This document shows, piece by piece, positions 59,484 through 64,000 of a stretch of 64,000 nt of DNA. The position numbers and the translations under genes were made by a program. Source of the DNA: Verrucomicrobia bacterium UBA2281 (GTDB lineage Bacteria; Verrucomicrobiota; Kiritimatiellia; CAIQIC01; Lenti-01); the NCBI GenBank assembly GCA_002347655.1, contig DDWR01000024.1:59685-123684 (forward strand), given 5' to 3'. Under the pieces are notes generated by a model. It searched no databases. It was not told the origin of the DNA and saw nothing but the letters and a program-made list of their open reading frames with translations. The first letter of the stretch is position 1, and each line of letters opens with the position of its first letter.

Positions 59484-61715
59484 TCATTCCACGGCGATCT
59501 GGACGCGGTCGCCGAGGCCCCGGGCGGTGCTGCACACGATCTGGTGCGCGCCGCGTTCCAGCGGCCAGAACAGCTTCTCGCCGGGGCGGGACCGGCCGAT
59601 CGGCCGGTCGTCCACAAACCAATGGATCGTCTCGCCCGCGCGGTCGCTGGCCGCCTCCAGCGCCAGCCGCTGCGCGTCCGCTTCCAGCCCGGCCAGCCGC
59701 CGGTAGACGCTGCCGCGCGCCGGCGCGAGGATGCGCACGGCGGCCGCCGGCTCCTCCGGCGCGGGCGCCGCGCGCCGCGCCAGGAACGACGCCACCGCCG
59801 CCGGCCACGCATCCTCCGGCCCCGCGCGGTGCACCGGGCAGATTTCGCGCCGCGACACTTTCGCGATGGCCCAGTCTTCGGTGCGGTGCGCGCAATGCGG
59901 GCCCGGCGCGCAGCCGCTGACGGCGCACAACTCGCGCCTCTCCACCCCCGCCGGCCGCGCGAACCACGGCCCCGCGTTGTCCGGGTACAGCTGCCGGAAG
60001 AGATCCCACGCGATGGGCGTCGCGACCTCGCGCCCCACGAGCCCCTCCGCCGGCGAGCCGTCGGGATTGCCCACCCACGTGCCGATCACGTATTCCGGAT
60101 TCCACGCCACGGTCCAGGCGTCGCGCAGCCCCGCCGAGGTCCCCGTCTTCCAGGCCATCGGCGGCAGGCGCACGTCGGCCGCGTGCCCCGTCGTATCCAT
60201 CGCGCGTTCTTCGCCGGAGAGCATGTCGCTCACCAGCCAGCAGGCTTCGGGCGAAAAGATCGGTTTCGGCGCCAGAGGTTTCCCCGTCTCCACGAACCGC
60301 GCCGGCGCCCAGCCGCCGCCGCGCGCCAGGCAGGCGTAGGCGTTCGCCAAATCCAGCAGCCGCACTTCCGCGTTGCCCAGCACGAGCCCCAAGCCGTAAT
60401 GCGCCGCCGGCCGGTCGATCGTCGCCAGCCCCAGCGCGCGCAGCGTTCCCCAGAAGCGCTCCTGCCCGACGCGCCGCTCGATCTCGATCGCGGGCAGATT
60501 CAGCGACGCCACCAAGGCGTCGCGCACGCTGACCAATCCGCGGCAATCCAGCGAGAAATTGCGCGGATCGAGATCGCGGAAGCGCAGCGGCACGTCGGGA
60601 ATCACCGTCGCGGGCACGGCCAGTCCGCGGTCGAGCGCCAGCGCATAGGCAAAAGGCTTGAGGGTCGAGCCCGCCGCGCGCCGCGCGACGGCGCCGTTGA
60701 CCTGGCCCGCCTTTCGCTCGGCGAAGTAGTCTGGGGAGCCCGCCAGCGCCCGCACCGCGCCGGTCTGCACCTCCAGCACCACGACCGCCCCGCCGGACGC
60801 CGGGCCGCCCGCCAGATGCCGCCGCAAGACGGCTTCCGCCTGCCGCTGCAGAGCGCCGTCGAGCGTCGTGCGCACCGTCGCGTCGGGCGCAAGTTGCCCC
60901 GGCACGCCGACGAGATCGCAGAAGTGCGGCGCGCGGAACGGATACTTTCCCGGCCGCGCGGCCAGCGGCTGCGCCAGCGCCTCGGCGCGCTCCGGCGCCG
61001 TGATGAATCCGCACGCCTCCATCCGCTCCAGCACGTAGGCCTGACGCTTTTTCGCCGCGTCCGGATGCCGGTCGGGCCGCAGGCGCGATGGCGATTGCGG
61101 CAAGCCCGCCAGCAGCGCCGCTTCCGCCAGGCTCAGGTCCGCCGCGCCCTTGCCGAAATAACGCCGGGCCGCGGCCTCGATGCCTACGAGGTTGCCGCCG
61201 AACGGCGCGCGGTCGAGGTATTGCGCCAGGATCGCGCGCTTGTCCAGCCGCCGTTCCATCTGCAGCGCGCGGAAGGCCTCGATGGCCTTCGTCGCCAGCG
61301 TCCGCCGCCGCGGCTCCGCCAGGCGGATCACCTGCGTGGAAATCGTGGAAGCCCCCGACACGCGCCGGCCGCCGGCCAGATTCTGCGCAACGGCCCGCGC
61401 CAGCGCCCAGACGTCTACGCCCGGATGCGCCCAGAAGCGGCGGTCTTCCGCCGCCACCAGCGCCTGTGCGATCCAATGCTCCGGCGCCGGCACGTGGCCC
61501 GGCCGGCAATCGAAGCCGCCTGCCGCCAGTTTCACGCGCAGCGGCTCGCCGTTCCGGTCCGCCAGCACCGCCGCCGCATCCAGCCGCGCCAGCTTATTCT
61601 CGGGAAACGGCACCCAGCGCACGGCCGCGACGAACGCGGCGACGGCAATGATCGGAAGGCTTAACCAAGGTAGGGCGAGGCGTCCACGCCGAGCCGGGCT
61701 GTTCGGACGGCTCAC
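59484..61715 (-). CDS. pbpC: penicillin-binding protein 1C (transglycosylase/transpeptidase)
   Basis: GT51 motifs RFWAHPGVD, GASTISTQVIRL; transpeptidase STLKP; C-terminal PbpC domain. Probable GTG start at 61715 (or 61733) just after the A2M stop. The track shows it only inside ORF 59484..63764, whose upstream 2 kb is antisense to A2M and not part of the protein. Confidence 0.8.
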   Translation of the reverse strand: MSRPNSPARRGRLALPWLSLPIIAVAAFVAAVRWVPFPENKLARLDAAAVLADRNGEPLRVKLAAGGFDCRPGHVPAPEHWIAQALVAAEDRRFWAHPGVDVWALARAVAQNLAGGRRVSGASTISTQVIRLAEPRRRTLATKAIEAFRALQMERRLDKRAILAQYLDRAPFGGNLVGIEAAARRYFGKGAADLSLAEAALLAGLPQSPSRLRPDRHPDAAKKRQAYVLERMEACGFITAPERAEALAQPLAARPGKYPFRAPHFCDLVGVPGQLAPDATVRTTLDGALQRQAEAVLRRHLAGGPASGGAVVVLEVQTGAVRALAGSPDYFAERKAGQVNGAVARRAAGSTLKPFAYALALDRGLAVPATVIPDVPLRFRDLDPRNFSLDCRGLVSVRDALVASLNLPAIEIERRVGQERFWGTLRALGLATIDRPAAHYGLGLVLGNAEVRLLDLANAYACLARGGGWAPARFVETGKPLAPKPIFSPEACWLVSDMLSGEERAMDTTGHAADVRLPPMAWKTGTSAGLRDAWTVAWNPEYVIGTWVGNPDGSPAEGLVGREVATPIAWDLFRQLYPDNAGPWFARPAGVERRELCAVSGCAPGPHCAHRTEDWAIAKVSRREICPVHRAGPEDAWPAAVASFLARRAAPAPEEPAAAVRILAPARGSVYRRLAGLEADAQRLALEAASDRAGETIHWFVDDRPIGRSRPGEKLFWPLERGAHQIVCSTARGLGDRVQIAVE

Positions 61716-61768
61716 CCGGAGGGTTCGCCCCACCCAAAACCGGTGGAACCGCTTTGGATGCTTCCAAA

Positions 61769-64000
61769 TCACGGCGCCACGCGCACCTGTCCGCCCACGC
61801 CCACGCCGCGGATCTCCGGCTCGTACATACCCGTCACCGTCGGCGGCGGCAGCGCATAGGTCCCCGGCGTCGTCGCCCGCACGGCGTAGTGGAACGCCGT
61901 TTCGCCCTGGATCGGCCCGGTGAAGATCAGCATCCGGTCGTCGCGCGCCTCGCGGTGCAGGTCGCCTTCGTTCTTCTCGCGCAGCCAGCCGAACTGCTGG
62001 GAGGTCGCCAGATTCGGGTTCTCGATCTCCCAGCCCGCCGGCAGCAGGTCCTCGATGGCGAGCTGGTCGAGCCGCCGCCCCTTCGTATCCACCTTCAACC
62101 GCACCACGATCAGTTCGCCCTGCGGCAGCGCGGCGGCAGCGAGCGCGTTCCCGGCCTGATCCAGGAACTCGCGGCGGATGGCGATGCCGTCCGCGCGTTC
62201 CGGTTCCGGCTCGCTGGAGACGCCTTCGAACCGCGCGCCCAGGTAGAGCTTGCCCGGCCCGTCGTTTTGCACCGTCGCCGCGCCGCCCGCACCGGGCTCC
62301 AACGACCACGCCACGTCGTTCGTGCCCGCAAACGCGCGGACGTCCCCGGCCGGCAATTCCAGTTTTCCGGCGAATGGCTGCGCTTCGTCGGGCAGATGCC
62401 GGGCCAGCTTGCCGAACGCCAGCAACGCCAAGGCGTCGTCCTGCGTATTGCCCCAGTGGCCGTCTTGCTGCCGGTCGCGCAGATATTGCGCCAGCCGCGC
62501 CACGGCGTCGTTTTCCGGTTCCACGTCGAGCCACGCGGACAGCAGCAGCGCGGCGTCGCGCACGTCGCTGTCCAGCAGCCGCCCCGGCACGCGCGGACGC
62601 GCCACCGGCAGAACCATGGATTCCATCAGCGGCAGCGCCCCCCGCGGCTCGCCCGCCAGCAGCAGGGCCGACGCCGCATGCGCCCGCGCCGCGAAATTCA
62701 GCCGGGCGGTCTGCTCGCGCAGCCGCGCGTTCCAGCCCGCGTCCGGCCGCCCCGCCAGCGCCAGCACGTGGCACAGGTAGGCCCGCGCCTGCATGTCGAG
62801 GATCCATTCGTTTTCCGACGCGTCCGAGGGCATCGTCCGGTCGAGACGCCCGCGCACCCAGCCCAGCGCCGCGTCGAGGCGGTCGGCGGGCACGTCGAAA
62901 CCCGCCGCTTTCGCTTCCACGAGGAAATGGACGGCATAGATCGAGGCGTCGTCCGCCGCGCCGCGCGCGAACGGCCACAACGCGAAGCCGCCGTTTTCCT
63001 GCTGCATGGAAGTCACGCGCCGGATCGCCGCTGGCACGAAGGCCGCCACGTCGCCGATGGCCCGGTTGCCCGGCAATAGGCGTTGCGCCCAGTCGCCCGC
63101 ATACAGCAGCGGGAACGCGCCGGACACCGTCTGCTCGAGGCAGCCGTACGGATAATGCACGACGTGGTCCAACGCCCGGCCTAGCTGCAGCGACGGCAGC
63201 GTCGACAAGGCGCCCGACATGGAAACCGATTCCGGCAGCCAACCTGCCGGCGGTTCGAGCGTCGCGCTCTCGCCGGCCTTCAGCACGCGGTTGACCGTTG
63301 CCACGCGACTGCCCGCCGCCGGCCGCACCGCCAGCTCGATCGTATCGCGGAAAGAATCCGCGCCGGCTTCGACTTCGATCGTGCACAGCGCCTTGCCCGG
63401 GCCGGGCCCCGCCATCAGCGGCAGCGCGGCCGTCGCCGCACCGCCCGCCGGGATTTCGAGGACCTGTTCCGCCGTTTCGGCCCGCAGCGGCCCGCCGCAG
63501 GTCGCGCGCACCGTGACCGTCCGCGGCGCCTTCCCTTCGTTGTAGAGCACGACCGACGCTTCGCAGCGGTCGCCGATGGCCAGGAACCGCGGCAGCGCGG
63601 GCTGCACGACGAGATCGCGCTTGACCTTCATGGGCATCGACGTCGCGCCGGTCTGCGTCGCATCGTAGGCCACCGCCATCAGCCGCAGTTCGCCGTTGAA
63701 CTCGGGCAGATCCAGCCGCACCGCGGCCTGCCCGTTGGTGTCCAGCGGCAAGGCCGCCTGCCACAGGGCCACCGGTTTGAACCGGCTGGCCTTGATCGGA
63801 TTCAGCCGCCGCCGCAAGGCGTCGCCGCCGTCGCCGCCGGGCGCCGGCACGCCTTCGGTGCGGTCGTCCGTCACCGGCATCAGTTCGGCGTAGAGATCGA
63901 ACGGCGACACGCCCAGCGCGCGCTGCGCCGAAAACGTTTGGTCGGGATCCGGCGTCGCGAACGCCGTCAGCATGCAGATCGCTTCGTCCACCGCCATCAC
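61769..64000 (-). CDS. alpha-2-macroglobulin family protein (YfhM-like), C-terminal part; N-terminus beyond window
   Basis: Thioester motif GCLEQ in ...HYPYGCLEQTVSGAFPLLYAG; open to the window edge; classic A2M-pbpC operon. Confidence 0.85.
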   Translation of the reverse strand: MMAVDEAICMLTAFATPDPDQTFSAQRALGVSPFDLYAELMPVTDDRTEGVPAPGGDGGDALRRRLNPIKASRFKPVALWQAALPLDTNGQAAVRLDLPEFNGELRLMAVAYDATQTGATSMPMKVKRDLVVQPALPRFLAIGDRCEASVVLYNEGKAPRTVTVRATCGGPLRAETAEQVLEIPAGGAATAALPLMAGPGPGKALCTIEVEAGADSFRDTIELAVRPAAGSRVATVNRVLKAGESATLEPPAGWLPESVSMSGALSTLPSLQLGRALDHVVHYPYGCLEQTVSGAFPLLYAGDWAQRLLPGNRAIGDVAAFVPAAIRRVTSMQQENGGFALWPFARGAADDASIYAVHFLVEAKAAGFDVPADRLDAALGWVRGRLDRTMPSDASENEWILDMQARAYLCHVLALAGRPDAGWNARLREQTARLNFAARAHAASALLLAGEPRGALPLMESMVLPVARPRVPGRLLDSDVRDAALLLSAWLDVEPENDAVARLAQYLRDRQQDGHWGNTQDDALALLAFGKLARHLPDEAQPFAGKLELPAGDVRAFAGTNDVAWSLEPGAGGAATVQNDGPGKLYLGARFEGVSSEPEPERADGIAIRREFLDQAGNALAAAALPQGELIVVRLKVDTKGRRLDQLAIEDLLPAGWEIENPNLATSQQFGWLREKNEGDLHREARDDRMLIFTGPIQGETAFHYAVRATTPGTYALPPPTVTGMYEPEIRGVGVGGQVRVAP

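Noticed and set aside
59484-63764. Single 1426-aa ORF spanning pbpC and the A2M region; also ORF 58549..61509 fusing ppk2 with upstream sequence
   Set aside because: Only the C-terminal portions are real (PbpC from about 61715, PPK2 from 59376). The upstream parts are Arg-rich read-through antisense to the A2M gene and the intergenic region, respectively.
59484-64000. Alpha-2-macroglobulin + PBP1C pair as a novel system
   Set aside because: A well-known conserved bacterial operon (yfhM-pbpC), annotated but not novel.

Overview
The window is a high-GC (about 65-70%) bacterial chromosomal segment with roughly 55 real genes on both strands. Most long Arg/Gly/Pro-rich ORFs in the supplied track are spurious antisense or out-of-frame ORFs typical of GC-rich DNA, so I re-derived frames by translation. 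I found no tRNA or rRNA genes and no CRISPR array. One coordinate caveat: around 17.6 kb the ORF track and my reading of the displayed bases disagree by 1 nt, so coordinates there may be off by 1.

Core content:
- The conserved blocks rpsO-pnp, dnaX-ybaB-recR (with a probable SRP RNA just upstream), cdaA-cdaR, trmB, rnhC, msrB and alpha-2-macroglobulin-pbpC.
- A MarR-regulated OMF-MFP-RND efflux operon.
- Cell-envelope genes: a giant adhesin, a PEP-CTERM protein, OMP beta-barrel paralogs and TPR lipoproteins. The PEP-CTERM protein and adhesins suggest a PVC-type or Verrucomicrobia-like organism (inference only).

Accessory and unusual content:
1. A secreted phospholipase-D module (about 17.4-22.2 kb). 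A 3xHKD PLD and a 1xHKD PLD each sit behind a MITE-like repeat. The second is translationally coupled to a low-GC (about 45%) two-gene insert encoding a Cys-rich secreted protein and a 336-aa secreted protein. The insert ends at a canonical terminator.
2. A divergent ThyX-like + class II RNR-like gene pair with altered catalytic motifs, bracketed by REP hairpins.
3. An FdrA-DUF1116-cyclase cluster. It resembles the oxamate carbamoyltransferase allFGH module but lacks AllH, and it carries an inserted four-helix-bundle cassette flanked by inverted repeats.
4. A low-GC island (47.6-53.7 kb) with vapBC and a PstI/BsuBI-like type II R-M pair.
5. A family of AT-rich MITE-like inverted repeats, four copies or fragments, built on a TTGGATATTGG core.
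6. A 19-bp AT-rich palindrome, TTTTACGT-N3-ACGTAAAA, present in tandem at two loci (a candidate operator).
7. A candidate about 175-nt sRNA with a consensus sigma-70 promoter (TTGACA-17-TATAGT) and a strong intrinsic terminator.
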